From assembly GCA_028023455.1 (NCBI GenBank), contig JAQFVV010000007.1:10850001-10914000 (forward strand): DNA of 64,000 nucleotides, given 5' to 3'. The notes below the pieces were generated by a model, which was given only the letters and a program-made list of their open reading frames with translations, searched no databases and had not been told where the DNA came from. Position numbers and translations under genes: made by a program. The stretch is from Epiperipatus broadwayi (lineage: Eukaryota > Animalia > Onychophora). This document shows, piece by piece, positions 41,790 to 56,019 of this stretch (the stretch's first letter is position 1; every line of letters begins with the position of its first letter).

Positions 41790-43162
41790 TATTAATTATT
41801 ATATCTATTTATTTCTCTACATTAATATTTGTATACATTGATATAACATCTATTTTAATCATTGCCAAATTATAAATACTATATTCATTTATTACATTTT
41901 TAATATCACTTATTAAAACTTTATTATTTTTTTATATATCATTTACAGGCAGTATCAATATACTTCTTTAAAACATTATATGCCAACCATTTAGATAATT
42001 TATTATAATATGAACCACTGCCATTATAATTGGTCTTAATGGTACACTTCTTTAAAAATTTTAGATGCTCCATAAATTTTAGCTGCTATACAATCTTTTA
42101 CCTCTAAATAATCAAATGTATTACAATCAATAATACCCTTTTTATAAAAATCTTTTATTATTGTATATACTCTTATATTCAACAATTTAGTGTCATATTT
42201 TTTAATTATCCCAAATATATTATCTTTTAACATATTATTCATTTTTTCTATATAATCCTCTTTATTTAACATTACCCATTTATTTCCTTTATCTGACTTT
42301 GTAAAAACTATTTTATCTTTATACTTATCCTTTATTTCTTTAATATCCTTTATTTGAACAACATCAACCTTATTAATTCCTTTATTTTTATGTTTCTTTC
42401 TTATATTATAAATCACATTTTCTACTTGATTATTAAAATCTTCCATCCAAACCTTATCTCTATTACTAAGAATTTTATTACTATTTATATTCTGATAACA
42501 ATAGATTTTGTAATTTTCTTCTACATATTTCTGTACTATTTTTTGTTTTAGCTTTCTCAATTCTATTGTATCATTATTCATATTATACACATATTGAACA
42601 TATGTAATCCCTTTACTTATAAATTTATTTTATTTTTCTGTCAATTCTATACATGCCATATTATAAATTTTATCCTTATAATTATCCTATTATCTCTCAT
42701 CTTTTTTTAATCCTTTTTCTTTTTTTAACTTCCTTATTTTCTTATTATGTCTATTCTCTGCATTTTTATTAATCAATACCTTCTTTAACCCACATAATTT
42801 TCTAAAAATTTCTTCTTCTTCCTTAGTTATTTTCCTTGTTAGTATTGATTCAATACTTAAAATCTCTTTATGTAACTTTTGTTTTATACCATAACTATTA
42901 TTAATAAACATTTTCAATAATCTCTTTTGTATTTTGTCTATAAACTTGATTTTTCTTCTTACTATTTTTCTATAACTATTAATCCTTATAAATTTTGGTA
43001 TTACACCCAAGCTTTTACTTTCTTTTAAAAACTTTATATTATTTTTAATATTAGTTAATTTAATCATCAATATCCATCTTTTATTTAAATAGTCCACTGC
43101 TTTTTTACTTTCTTCCCTTTAACATAGTCTATCAAATTCTTAATATTCTTTATGTGCTCCAT
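41790..43162 (-). pseudogene. PLE ORF N-terminal region and RT motifs up to DVISMYTNI (frameshifted, with stops)
   Basis: ORFs 42690-43097 and 42036-42590, plus my translation of 41790-41900 (MIKIDVISMYTNINVEK*IDIIIN). A likely ATG at 43162 is one frameshift upstream of the 43097 ORF. Confidence 0.88.
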
Positions 43163-43231
43163 GCATCTACTAATATATATATATATATAAATTATTAATC
43201 AATGTCTGTATTCCAATTATAATAAAATATA

Positions 43232-43993
43232 TATAATTATTCAAAACAATACAATAATTAATACAGTAACAATATTTTAAACAAATATATACCAATTTAA
43301 TAGAAGTACTTTCAACTATCTATGTAGTCGTTGTCAACTAGACTCAAATTGTATTAGAAAAAACCGTTACAAATGTAAACAAAAGCAATACGTCATACAT
43401 CAATTTTCCCACAATTCATTAATTTTTATATTGGCTGTCTGTCTATTTATCAACTGTTGCTTTTCACTTTTTATTAACATAGCTTCTTTAATTTTGCGTT
43501 TATTATTATTTCTTTCAATACACAGAATTTTAACTTTATTAAAATCAAAATCAAAACCATAATTACATGTTACATTATGATCAAAAAATACTGATGGTGA
43601 TACATCATCATTTCTAACAATGATGATGTATCACCATCAGTATTTTTTGATCATAATGTAACATGTAATTATGGTTTTGATTTTGATTTTAATAAAGTTA
43701 AAATTCTGTGTATTGAAAGAAATAATAATAAACGCAAAATTAAAGAAGCTATGTTAATAAAAAGTGAAAAGCAACAGTTGATAAATAGACAGACAGCCAA
43801 TATAAAAATTAATGAATTGTGGGAAAATTGATGTATGACGTATTGCTTTTGTTTACATTTGTAACGGTTTTTTCTAATACAATTTGAGTCTAGTTGACAA
43901 CGACTACATAGATAGTTGAAAGTACTTCTATTAAATTGGTATATATTTGTTTAAAATATTGTTACTGTATTAATTATTGTATTGTTTTGAATA

Positions 43994-43999
<6 letters not shown>
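43232..43999. mobile_element. Near-perfect 381-bp inverted repeat (6-nt loop) made of the 3' end of a second PLE family, set in (TA)n
   Basis: Arms 43232-43612 and 43619-43999, loop TCTAAC. The right arm translates FDFDFNKVKILCIERNNNKRKIKEAMLIKSEKQQLINRQ...LWEN*, a PLE GIY-YIG C-terminus different from the one at 37937-38284. Confidence 0.88.
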
Positions 44000-44033
<34 letters not shown>

Positions 44034-44139
44034 ATGTTTCTTCTTTCTTCTTATCCAAACTCTATTTTTAGTATTCCTTGATTTTAAGATATATATATAG
44101 AGTGTATATAAGTTATATATGTATAGTTATATATGTATG

Positions 44140-44179
<40 letters not shown>

Positions 44180-44195
44180 GTATATATATTATATG

Positions 44196-44232
<37 letters not shown>
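44000..44232. repeat. (TA)n tracts (others at 11538-11558, 53696-53757 and 62115-62164)
   Basis: Read directly from the sequence. Confidence 0.97.
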
Positions 44233-44233
<1 letters not shown>

Positions 44234-44395
44234 GTATGTAAATTATATGTTCATGTATTTTTATATTCATATATTTGTATTATGTTTTAGTTCTGAAGAA
44301 GATTGCTGGAGCAATCAAAACTATAAATGATGGTGATAATTAAAGCATTGTGAAACAGTGATGAGGTGCATGGATGATTTAATATTATATTAGTA
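44090..44395 (+). mobile_element. Inverted pLTR remnant of the main PLE, carrying an HHR-like core
   Basis: Reverse complement of ~36890-37165 (shared ATATAGAGTGTA.ATAAGTTATATAT, TTCTGAAGAAGATTGCTGGAGCAAT and TAATTAAAGCATTGTGAAACAGTGAT). Confidence 0.85.
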
Positions 44396-45534
44396 TTAGC
44401 ATTACCTTTAATTTATTTATATTAAAATTTAGACAATTCATTTAAATATAAATATATTGATTTGCAAGTTTAAACAATAGCAAATGCGAAATTAAAGATT
44501 AGAAAATAAAATAAAAGTGTACACATATATGAACAAACTTTGATATTTATAAAGTTTATTACAATATATTGCTTTTTTTAACTGACAATATTTATTATTA
44601 TTATTTAAAGTGAGATTATTATTTTTTATTTATTTATCAAATAAACCATTTTTAGTGATATAAAAATTTCTACTGTTTTTAAGAATGTATACAAATTTTA
44701 GAGGTCACTGTTGGTATAAATAGTTCATAAAAAACATGTTTATGAATGATTTTTTAAAAATATTATGTATTCATTTATGTGTCTGTGCTTACTTATATTA
44801 GTTTCCTTTAATTTAAAAAACTGATATATTAATTTTAACTGGGTTTAAAGTTTATATCTGGAGTAGGAATTATATGATAATCTCTAGCTTAGTAAACAAT
44901 TAGTAATAATCATTAATGGATTTCTCAGAAATGATTAGTGTCATAGGTGTGAATACAGAAAGTTTAATACTTATAAATCAAATTGTAAAAATTTGCTATT
45001 GATAAATATTGAATAAATAATGACATGTGTTAGAGATTATGATATGATACAATTTGTAATTTAGTATGAAATGTACGTTCAGGATCATGTGTTTTTTTAG
45101 TTATCTTTTTACATATAGTTCAAGAATATATGAGAAATGAAAGTTTAAGAATAACTGAGAAAAGAAGTTTGAACTATTCTCTTGGTTTCTATATCATTAA
45201 AAATGGATATATTAATATTTAGTTGTGTTTAAAATTTAAATCTAGGCGAGAAATGATATGATAATCTTTAGACTAATAATTAATTAGAAATAATCATTAA
45301 TCTAAGTATTTAAAGTGGATGATGTAAAAGTTGTGAGTTCAGAAAGTTTGACACTTATAAATTGAATTGTAATAATTAATGTTGTGTTGTCTGTATCAGT
45401 TCTATGATTAATATTTAGTAAAAGTGAACAATAAATGTCTTTTAGTCTTTAAAATGAAATTAGATTTATTGACTTTATTTATACACACACACATACACAC
45501 ACAACATCTAAAATTTAAGTTACTAATCAAAACT

Positions 45535-45680
45535 GATGGGCCGTGAAAGAACATTTTTGTGTTTTTAATGTTTGAAATAAAGTATTTTCCATTTCTAATC
45601 TCTTCTGATGTCATTTTCAAAGTGTTGAATGTTATCAGCTTTATGAAGCAGGCTTGCTCTCGAAGGTCAATCAAGCAAGG
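45535..45680 (-). mobile_element. Possible mariner transposase N-terminal remnant
   Basis: IDLREQACFIKLITFNTLKMTSEEIR loosely resembles mariner EQRxxIKF..K..xE starts; no TIR or DD34D motif seen. Confidence 0.3.
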
Positions 45681-47221
45681 ATCAAAAATTTTAATTTAGC
45701 AATTGGGAATTTTTTTGCCTTTCTCAAAAAAAAAAAAATCTGATATTTACTTTAATAGATTTTATTTTATACTTGACGCTTAGAATGATTTTTTTATTTA
45801 AAAAAAAAAGTACTTTGTAAATTTACCAATGGTAACATTAAGCAAATATATGACACATGTTTTCACATTTTCATTTCAAGTGAACTATTATTCTTATTAT
45901 ATATATATAGTAAATTGCATGTCTTATTATTTACTGAGAGATTATTAAAATAAGCAATAAAGTTAGTACCAGTTAGTAAGTTGAAGAAAAGCTGAAGATG
46001 AATTGAATTTATATTTTTATCACATGATTTTAGCTTACTCATTGTTATGTCATTAGTGCCACCTATCGTAAGCTGTAGTAGTTAATACCATATGATAATA
46101 CTTGATAATTCCTATCAAAAATCATCAGACTAATTTCAAGCTTATGGTTTTATCAATGAAAGATTTTGGTTCTTGAAACAGTGCACCTAAATAGGAATTT
46201 ATTAAGCATTGTCATCTGACAATTATTTTTTATACATTTTTCTTAGTATTCTAATTCAGTATATCTAACTTCAAAACTAAATCTATGGCATGTTTCATGC
46301 TTGTGCAATAACTGATAACATCTTCATAAGAATCACTTGGAAGTGGGCATTAGGAATTAGAAAGTCAATTTATTATTAACCACTATTCTTTAATATTTAC
46401 ACGAATGAGCTGAAAAGATGAGGGTTTTTGCATTAAAGCTACTGTGTTCTACCAATCATTTGGGATTTGTTTACCTTTTGATCACCTTAGTGAAATGCCA
46501 TTATACATACCCACATAATGTTACAGTTCTTTTTTTGCTGACAGAAGTTGTATGCATTAATTTTAATATAATTTCTTTATGTATTTTCTCAAAACTTTTT
46601 TATGATATATTACACTACTGTGGTTTAATACAGTATTAGTGGGATAGATAGCAGTGCTAAAGACTTTCTGAATTGAAGCTTAAATGTCACATGTAGTGTT
46701 CAAATGGCCCCTGACCTTTTAAGCAACTAATCATTTGATTATTATTGCAATTTATTTTTAATTTTTTTACTTCAACCCTATATTAAATTTCAGCTGCCAA
46801 ATCTTTTTTATTAGTTCAATGTTAGTTACCAAAAACATTTCATTGCTTTTGTATCAAACAAATCTGCCAATCAATCATAGGATATTTTTATTTAGATTAA
46901 TTTACAATCATTTTGTAACAGTTCCAGCATTTTAAACTTTTGAAATTTGTTTAAACACAAAAATATTCTTTAATAAAACTAATGAATGATTGTCACTATT
47001 TACAGCATAAGTTTATTAGTCATTTTTTTTCTCTAAATCTTAACTTTTCTTTAATACTATCCATATATATTTTAAGGTTTACATCGAATCCACATGTGCA
47101 CACCAATCCAATTCTATTATTGACCAGTGCTAATTACATCATAGCAAAAGATTCTGCTGAGTATATATGTTCAAGAGTAAAGACACAAAATACTTAATCT
47201 AGTATCTAAATAATTTTCCTC

Positions 47222-47521
<300 letters not shown>

Positions 47522-48180
47522 TAAAGGTATGATGTAAATATTTTTCAGTATAACAAATAGACTACTATATCTAATATTAATTTACAAAAATCATGTAGAT
47601 ATCAAATAGATGAAAAACAAGTCTATAAATATTGTATATTATTTAGATTATGGATTACAAATGTCAAGTGTTCATAAATAGAACCTACTTTTAAATGCCC
47701 ACTTAGATGCATGTAGTAATACAAAACATATTTCACTTATTTAATACATTTTCTTAAACATATAGGTAAAGCTTATTTAACAATATGGAAAATATAAATA
47801 TTAAATAAACCCTGGATATGATATATACATATATATATTTTTCATGCTATAAAAATATTTTAATTATTTTATTTTTAACTTATAGACTTATTATATATAC
47901 AAATAAACATAGATAGAAAATGATATATTGTGTGCCCATATATGCTTTTAATAATAGAAAATGTTTAAATTATTAATTAAAGTAAAGATCTAAATTATTT
48001 TCACAATATACAATTTTTTTCTGTGCTTTATTTTTATATATGATTTTGAAATTTAAAATTCTAATTATTATTTAATATAAAAATAGCAGTAGGTAGTAAA
48101 AATAATTGACCATTCTGCTAATTAAACCAAGAGTATAACAATATAAAGATTTTGTAGAATAAACTTTAAAATAAATTACT

Positions 48181-48281
48181 TTTTTTTTTCTCATATGTCA
48201 TAGCATCGGCCAGGACGCGAACCCACAACCGTCTGCAACCAACTACTTGCTTGCAAGGCGGATGCGATGACCTCTCGGCTA
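48181..48281 (-). mobile_element. Same tRNA-derived SINE family (Ala-TGC-like loop), young copy lacking its first 7 nt
   Basis: TAGCCGAGAGG, loop CT-TGC-AA, GGTTCGCGTCC, A tail; TSD AAATAAATTACT at 48169-48180 and 48281-48292. Not a functional tRNA because the acceptor 5' strand is missing. Confidence 0.85.
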
Positions 48282-51200
48282 AATAAATTACTTAACTTAA
48301 TTTTTTATGATTTTTTCTCTTGGAACTTTAACTTGTCAATTGCTTTAGTTTTCTACCAAATTTTCTTAGAGTTACCATGATCTAGTTTCATCTATTCAAA
48401 GCAAGTCTTTTAAAACAAATGGAAGTATAAGTAGAATACTTTTTAGTTCATGAAGTATTTTTTTTCATTATCAATAGAATTATTATTTCAAAGAGTGCAC
48501 ACAATATATATCTATTAATGAATTCTTCTATCAACAGTAGATTTTTTCAAATGCATTTTTATAGGTAAATAAACTAGCCTCATATATAGTTAACCTTGTA
48601 GGAACATCTTGATTATATCAGCTTTATATATAGCATACCTTATTTGGTTAGAACAGACTTGTATATAGATTAATTTAAAGCATTAAGTTGGATTAATTTT
48701 ATACATAAACAGTGAGTATAGAATGTTCTGGATAGAAAATAGACATGATAATTGCTGACAGCCTTAACTCATATTTATCTCCTATATTATTTTAACTTTA
48801 TATACAAAAAATAGTGATTGTACATACAAAAAACACAAATGACATTTTAATTCTGTACCATTCTAAATGCCAGTAATCTGGAGTCCTATTAGCATCTTTT
48901 CTTTTCTTAACTGCAAGATTTTAATTCAAATCAAGCCTTAGTATTTATAGCTATATACTATGGGTTTTACAGACTGATAAATAGAGGGATTAATGTTAAG
49001 TATTTTTTTCTTAATTAACAAAAAGAAAAATATAATTATAATACATTATTTTTTATTATCTTACATTTTTTTAAACAGAAGGTATTCAACCCATTGCACA
49101 TGTGCAATACTGTTATATTAAATCAATATTGTTTTTGTTGAATGTGAGGAAACTCTCAATTCAAAGCACATGATGAAGACATTAAGAAGATCAGCTTTTT
49201 TATCTTTGTACCTAAATTCACTTATATAAACCATATTTTGGAATGAGAGGATAACAGTTTTATATTGTTGGCTACCACTTTTTTATTATGTGTTAACACT
49301 TGCAAAATTTTAACATTTATTGTGTGTTAATATTAAGAGATGTTATAATTGATGTAACTGACCAAACGATTTTCTAGCACAGTTCTAACTGGAATTTTAA
49401 ACAGAAGATAATTAACACTAAAAAAATTTCTTAGTCATTTATCTTACATTCATAAAAGCATAGGTTAAAAAATATTTTTTTCTTAATCTTTCTTAAGTGT
49501 AAAATATATTGAAAGTAACTTTTATAATTACAAGTATCTTAATGATTACCATGTTTAAAATGCTCTCCCCACATTTTTAAAAATCCAAATTAGTGATTTT
49601 CATTTTCAGTTTAAATTGGCATAAAATAGTAAAGATTACACATATAAAAGTTATAACATTAGACTTTTACTCTTTTATCAGAAAATGTAAATTTAATTTT
49701 TCTGTGCTAAAAATTGATGATTTTATAATTTTTCCATATTACTGCATTTTTTTTCACTTTCATTGTTTTTACAGGCTGATGTTTAGAAAGAAATTTCTTG
49801 TGGAGAATAATGGATTATTCAACTAATTTATGCATTGATAGTGACTTACTCATGTAGTCCCATAGATATGGCTAGAGATTTTTTTAGAGAAAGGGAGTAT
49901 GAATATCTAGAAAAAAAGCCACCCTTGTTCTATAAATGCAATCACAGTCTATATGACACAGTCATTATTTCCTGATTTGATCTGAATAAGTTTTATTCTT
50001 AAATATTATAGGTTTACAGGGATTAAGTTTCCAATGTTTATGTCTTCAATATTTAATTTTTATTTTTTTCAATTATTATGTGACAGAAATATATATGAGA
50101 TCAGCAAGTACATTAACAAAGAAAAAAACATTCAGGATTAGTAAATTTCTACCATGAATTATCCTATTTTTTTGATATGATGTAACTTTTTTCAATAAGT
50201 CACCTTGCATAAATTAATAAATATTCAGAGTTTTGCCAAAAACTTTCAAAAGATTGTTATTTTTTGAATATAATATTTTGTCTACATCTTAACAAAAATA
50301 AAAAAATGCTGAATATTAAAAATAAACATTTTGATAAAATTGATAAAATTTAGGTCAATGATATATATATGATCTCTGTGAAGTAAATTTTAGGTTATAT
50401 ATTACATGCATAGAGAGGAAATAGTTGGTTTAGGTATCAAGAAATATATGGCTAGCAATAGCTTCAAAAGAATTTTTTACATAAAGATCACTATTGTGGA
50501 AGTCAAATGTATGTCCCATGTAGAGTTCTGCACAAGCAGGAATATAATTTGTATAACAGATCAGTGTCCATATAATCCATCTGCACTATAAGTAGTTTTA
50601 CTACATCCAAAAATAAAGTATTGGTTTGTTTGCTTAAATAAGACATGACAGTTAATTGATCATACTACAAAAAAGGTCAATGGCATTTCTTTTTGGGTTT
50701 TCAATTGAAATTGAGATAATGTTCCTCTTTGAAGCACTACTGAACTTAACTTTGTCAGAGTTCTGACTGTGATGTCTGAACTCACCATGACCATCCTGTG
50801 TAGATACTTCTTGAATATGAATAATTCTAATGGGTTAGTTACATTTGTATTTTTATTTATATCTTTATTCTTTTGATGCATGGTTACAATAACATTTTAT
50901 CACTTGAAAGCAAACATTTTGTAATAATCACCTGATTTTATATTTTACATGGATTCTATTTAACAAAATGGTAAGAAAAAGCATCCTGCATATTCATTAA
51001 TGTTTTACATTGCCCTGAATTTAAAGTCTTTTTTCTGTGCCTGCACCATGTATTTAATATGGTAATTTACAGCCTGGAAGACTATTGCACACTGACTTAT
51101 TTATCTTTAGCACATTCTCTTTATTGACCATACATAAAACTGTGGATGGAAAGAAAACTTGTGGGGTTTGTAGGAAAAATAAGAGATATCAAGATTTTTG

Positions 51201-53698
51201 ATGTTTCAGAATAAGGCATTAAATTATATTTAATGAATCTATTAATAATGATATAAATTTAAAATTCATATGTAGAAGTTAGAATTTATGATCAAATATA
51301 GAAGCATACATAAAAGTATAAAGCTGCAATGATAACAAAAAAACCTGAAAGTGTAAATCCTGAAAATAATAATATGTTGCCTATATGATTGTTTACATGT
51401 TAATCTAAGCCACAAAAATTCATTCATTAATTATCCATTTAACAGTGATTTGAAAAACTAGTATATTGTAATGCATTTATAGAGCTTACAATCCAAGGAA
51501 TAAACTTTACAACAATTGTAAATAATCTTGCCAAAAATGTAAATATACAGATTTTTGGCATTTAAACTCAAGAAAAAAAAAACTTTGCCCAAGCTATTTA
51601 CAGCTTTAATGATATAATAGTACACATTATATATAATATACTTATCAGTTGATTTACTGGTAAGAACTTATTTTTTTCACTTAAGAAAGGGTTTAATTTA
51701 ATTTTAATGATTTATTATTAGTATTTATGATTTAATCTTATAAATGTTGTATATGTATTCAAATGTTTTATTTATAAAGAATAAAAAGTTGATTTTTTCT
51801 CTTGCAAACACTTGATAGAAATCATGCAGATTAGAGCATGCTTTGGCAAAAGAAAATATATCTTTTTTTCTATTGTACATAATATATTTCTGTTTCATTG
51901 GGTTTTATTATTGATGTTTCATTATATGTAAAATGTGATATATTTGATACATATGTGGATTAATGGAATAATTTAAAATGAATTAATAAATGCCATAGAA
52001 TAGATTTTAAAGACAACCTTTAATGAATAAACGATGAATAGGTAATACTTTGTGGTGGTCCAAACATGTTTATTATTATTACTGTAATATGCATTTAATA
52101 TTTGGGATACAATGATATTGATTAATCAATATGATATTTATTATTAATAAGAAAGCATATTTTAATAATTTTCCATTTGTGTGTTTGTGTGTTATTATCA
52201 TGGTAAATATTTGTTTAGACAAAAATAATTATGTATGCACAATTATTATCCTAAGTATCAATGATTTAAACTTAACTAGTATCCAGAAATGACTATTGGT
52301 GAGAAAGTTTAATATAATTTGACTGAATTCTAAAATATGTCTACAAAGATGGCTTCCAACTTTGGAAATGATACTCATTTTAAATAATTTTTATTTTATT
52401 TAAGTTTAAAACTGTCTTTACTTAATGACTTTAGCCAATCAAAATCCAATTGACATGAGGCAAATGGTGAATCTTGAAATGAGACTATTATTATCAGTAG
52501 AATTAATTGCAATTTATTTGTAAATAAAACAATACTTGTTTTTATTGTCATCATTATCTAATATATAAAATTCCTAAATGTTTGGCCATAATGCTGTCAT
52601 ATGATGTTCAAGTTAAACATTTCTTTATGAGAGGGCACATTTTTCAAGGAAAAAAAAAATATTTGTTCTGCTATTAATAAATCGTAATTTTTTTATGAAT
52701 CATTTTATGCAAAGGAAGTAATTCCTTCTTTAAGAGGCTTAATTTGATTATGAAAATTTTATTCAAACCAAATAATTATTCAAAGCAAAAAAAAATTGTT
52801 AAAGCAACCAATTAAAAGAAACTATTACAAAAATGATGGCCTTTCCATAGGTGAAGTATAATTCTAGTTATAATTATAAAATACTTAAAAGTTAAGTGTT
52901 TTAGTCATTCATTAATATCATTATGTAAATGACAGTCTAATGGGTGATGTAACAATTACTAATATATGACAAATTCTATAGATGAGGCATTAACTACTCT
53001 TCCTTTCATTATTTTATATATATATTACTGAAAGAAATTGGTTGCTATGAGTATAATGCTTGTTTGAAAAAAGGGACTTATTTTGAATTTATTATTCAAT
53101 AATTGTAAAAAGTTAGTGGATAGTAAAAGCATTCCAATAATGGTGTATGAAATTTCATGCAACTTTTTTAAGATATGCATAGATGAAAATACATTTTTTT
53201 ATAAAAGATAAAATTTATATAAAAGAACTCATAAAAATGTGTCTTATCTCAGTTCAATATAGCCAATAGAGTAATGCAACATGCAAATATATCTACAATA
53301 AAACTAAAACCAAGCCAGAATGCAATTCCATCTTCTGTGAACATGAAAGAGCAGCAGACCTAGGTTTGAACCCACCTCTGCCAACATCCTATGCTCTGGA
53401 AGACATGATGACCAACATAAGATCAGAGAGGAGTCTCAGATAGTCAGAGACCCCAAGTCTATCAATAGAAGAGAAGCATGCTTTGCACTTTCTATGAAAT
53501 GGCAGTTACATCTCATTTACATAAATTTCCATTTCCATTTCTACTATGTAGTTATAACAACATCAGCTATGAGTATGAGAGCAAGTAGTCTCTTGAAAGT
53601 GCTAAGCTTAATAATTTAATAGTTGTACATTTTATTAAATTAAAATTTCATTTTTAAACATATTTTCTAGCTGTATTATCTGTGCATACAGTGCATAA

Positions 53699-53760
<62 letters not shown>

Positions 53761-53856
53761 ACAGATGGCGTCCTACCAAGACTGCCAATCAAGCGTATGT
53801 TTTGTTTACATAAACGTCAGAGTAGTTAGTATTCACTATCTCTAACTATAATTCCA

Positions 53857-53900
53857 CTTTCAGATCATGATTTCAAGCTATTTGCTATCGTCAGTGAAAG
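53857..53900 (-). ncRNA. Minimal type I hammerhead ribozyme, family C
   Basis: Exact reverse complement of the 55976-56019 motif. Other copies: 55207-55249 (+, 1-nt deletion), 54263-54306 (-) and ~55585-55626 (+), the last two with a CTGGCGA core variant. Confidence 0.88.
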
Positions 53901-55975
53901 ACAGGAATAAAGAAACTAGATCTGAATACAAACTCTGAGCGTTTATGAAACAATTTCTATTCAGCTTGCGAGCGTGAATTTTTTAGACACGTAATGTCTT
54001 CAAACTCAGCATAGCAAACCAGATAGCTACATGGGTCTGATCTCAGTTCAGCATCACCACATAGTAGAAGCCTCTGCAATCTATATCATTGCAAGAAAGA
54101 CCTCAAAGGTACATTTATGATAAACAAAAATGCAAGTTAAAAACTTGCTAACGCTTGTATTTATGTCCACAGATGGCGTCCTACCAAGACTGCCAATCAA
54201 GGATGTTTTGTTTACATAAACGTCAGAGTAGTTAGTATTCACTATCTCTAACTATAATTCCACTTTCAGATCATGATTTCAAGCTATTTGCTATCGCCAG
54301 TGAAAGACAGGAATAAGAAACTAGATCTGAATACAAACTCTGAGCGTTTATGAAACAATTTCTATTCAGCTTGCAGCTGAATTTTTAGACACATAATGTC
54401 TTCAAACTCAGCATAGCAAACCAGATAGCTACATGGGTCTGATCTCAGTTCAGCATCACCACATAGTAGAAGCCTCTGCAATCTATATCATTGCAAGAAA
54501 GACCTCAAAGGTACATTTATGATAAACAAAAATGCAAGTTAAAAAACTTGCTAACGCTTGTATTTATGTCCACAGATGGCGTCCTACCAAGACTGCCAAT
54601 CAAGCGTATGTTTTGTTTACATAAACGTCAGAGTAGTTAGTATTCACTATCTCTAACTATAATTCCACTTTCAGATCATGATTTCGTTTGCTATCGCCAG
54701 AAAGACAGGAATAAAGAAACTAGTCTGAATACAAACTCTGGCCGTTTGAAACAATTTCTTCCTTAATCATGATTTCACGCTCGCAAGCTGAATAGAAATT
54801 GTTTCATAAACGCTCAGAGTTTGTATTCAGATCTAGTTTCTTTAGCTTGAAATCATGATCTGAAAGTGGAATTATAGTTAGAGATAGTGAATACTAACTA
54901 CTCTGACGTTTATGTAAACAAAACATACGCTTGATTGGCAGTTTGGTAGGCCATCTGTGGACATAAATACAAGCTTAGCAAGTTTTTTAACTTGCATTTT
55001 TGTTTATAAAAGTACTTTAGGTCTTTCTTGCATGATATAGATTGAAGTTCACTATGTGGTGATGCTGAACTGAGATCAGAATGTAGCTATCTAGTTTGCT
55101 ATGCTGAGTTTGAAGACATTAGTGTCTAAAAATTCACGGCAAGCTGAATAGAAATTGTTTCATAAACCTCAGAGTTTGTATTCAGATCTAGTTTCTTTAT
55201 TCCTGTCTTTCACTGACGAAGCAAATAGCTTGAAATCATGATCTGAAAGTGGAATTATAGTTAGAGATAGTGAATACTAACTACTCTGACGTTTATGTAA
55301 AAAAACATACGCTTGATTGGGTCTTGGTAGGACATTGTGGACATAAATAAAGCGTTAGAAGTTTTTTAACTTGCATTTTTGTTTATCATAAATGTACCTT
55401 TGAGGTCTTTCTTGCAATGATATAGATTGAGAGGTTATTAGTGGTGATGCTGAACTGAGATAGAATGTAGTATCTGGTTTGCTATGCTAGTTTGAAGACA
55501 TACGTGTCTAAAAATTCAGAAGCTGAATAGAAATTGTTTCATAAACGCTCAGGTTTGTATTCAGATCTAGTTTCTTTATTTTGTCTTTCACTGGCGATAG
55601 TAAATAGCTTGAATCATGATCTAAAGTGGAATTATAGTTAGAGATAGTGAATACTAATTACTCTGACGTTTATGTAAAAAAACAACGCTTGATTGGCAGT
55701 CTTGTAGGGCCATCTAGGACATAAATACAAGCGTTAGCAGTTTTTTAACTTGCATTTTTGTTTATCATAAATGACCTTTGAGGTCTTTCTTGCAATGATA
55801 TAGATTGCAGAGGCTTCTACTATGTGGTGATGCTGAACGAGATAGACCCATGTAGCTATCTGGTTTGCTATGCTGAGTTTGAAGACATTACGTGTCTAAA
55901 AATTACGGCAAGCTGAATAGAAATTGTTTCATAAAGCTCAGAGTTTGTATTCAGATCTAGTTTCTTTATTCCTGT

Positions 55976-56019
55976 CTTTCACTGACGATAGCAAATAGCT
56001 TGAAATCATGATCTGAAAG
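55976..56019 (+). ncRNA. Minimal type I hammerhead ribozyme, family C
   Basis: CTTTCA-CTGACGA-TAGC-AAATA-GCTT-GAA-ATCATGAT-C-TGAAAG: 6-bp stem I, intact core, stem II AGC/GCT, 8-nt palindromic loop 3, predicted cleavage after C56013. Confidence 0.88.

Larger units (their letters stand above)
36890..43162 (-). mobile_element. Penelope-like retroelement (Penelope/Poseidon type, C-terminal GIY-YIG), decayed and interrupted by a 2.7-kb insertion
   Basis: Collinear minus-strand fragments: N-terminal part (GVIPKFIRI; MACIELTEK*NKFISKGITY), pre-RT part (KSDKGNKWVMLNKEDYIEKM; KIYGASKIFK), RT core (DVISMYTNIN; FQFNDRFYKQNG; IRGYVDGYLLI), thumb, GIY-YIG, then a ~1-kb 3' region ending in an HHR-like core. 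Confidence 0.93.

Noticed and set aside
44078-44330. ORFs rich in IYIYIY
   Set aside because: These are translations of (TA)n microsatellites.
53759-53770. CCACAGATGGCG, a CTCF-like motif in each family C unit
   Set aside because: Only the 3' half matches and spacing is one base short of the consensus.
53920-53955. CTGAGCGTTTATGAAAC as an opposite-polarity (ambisense, viroid-like) hammerhead in family C
   Set aside because: The core is not CUGANGA and there is no stem II or stem I, so only one polarity is supported.
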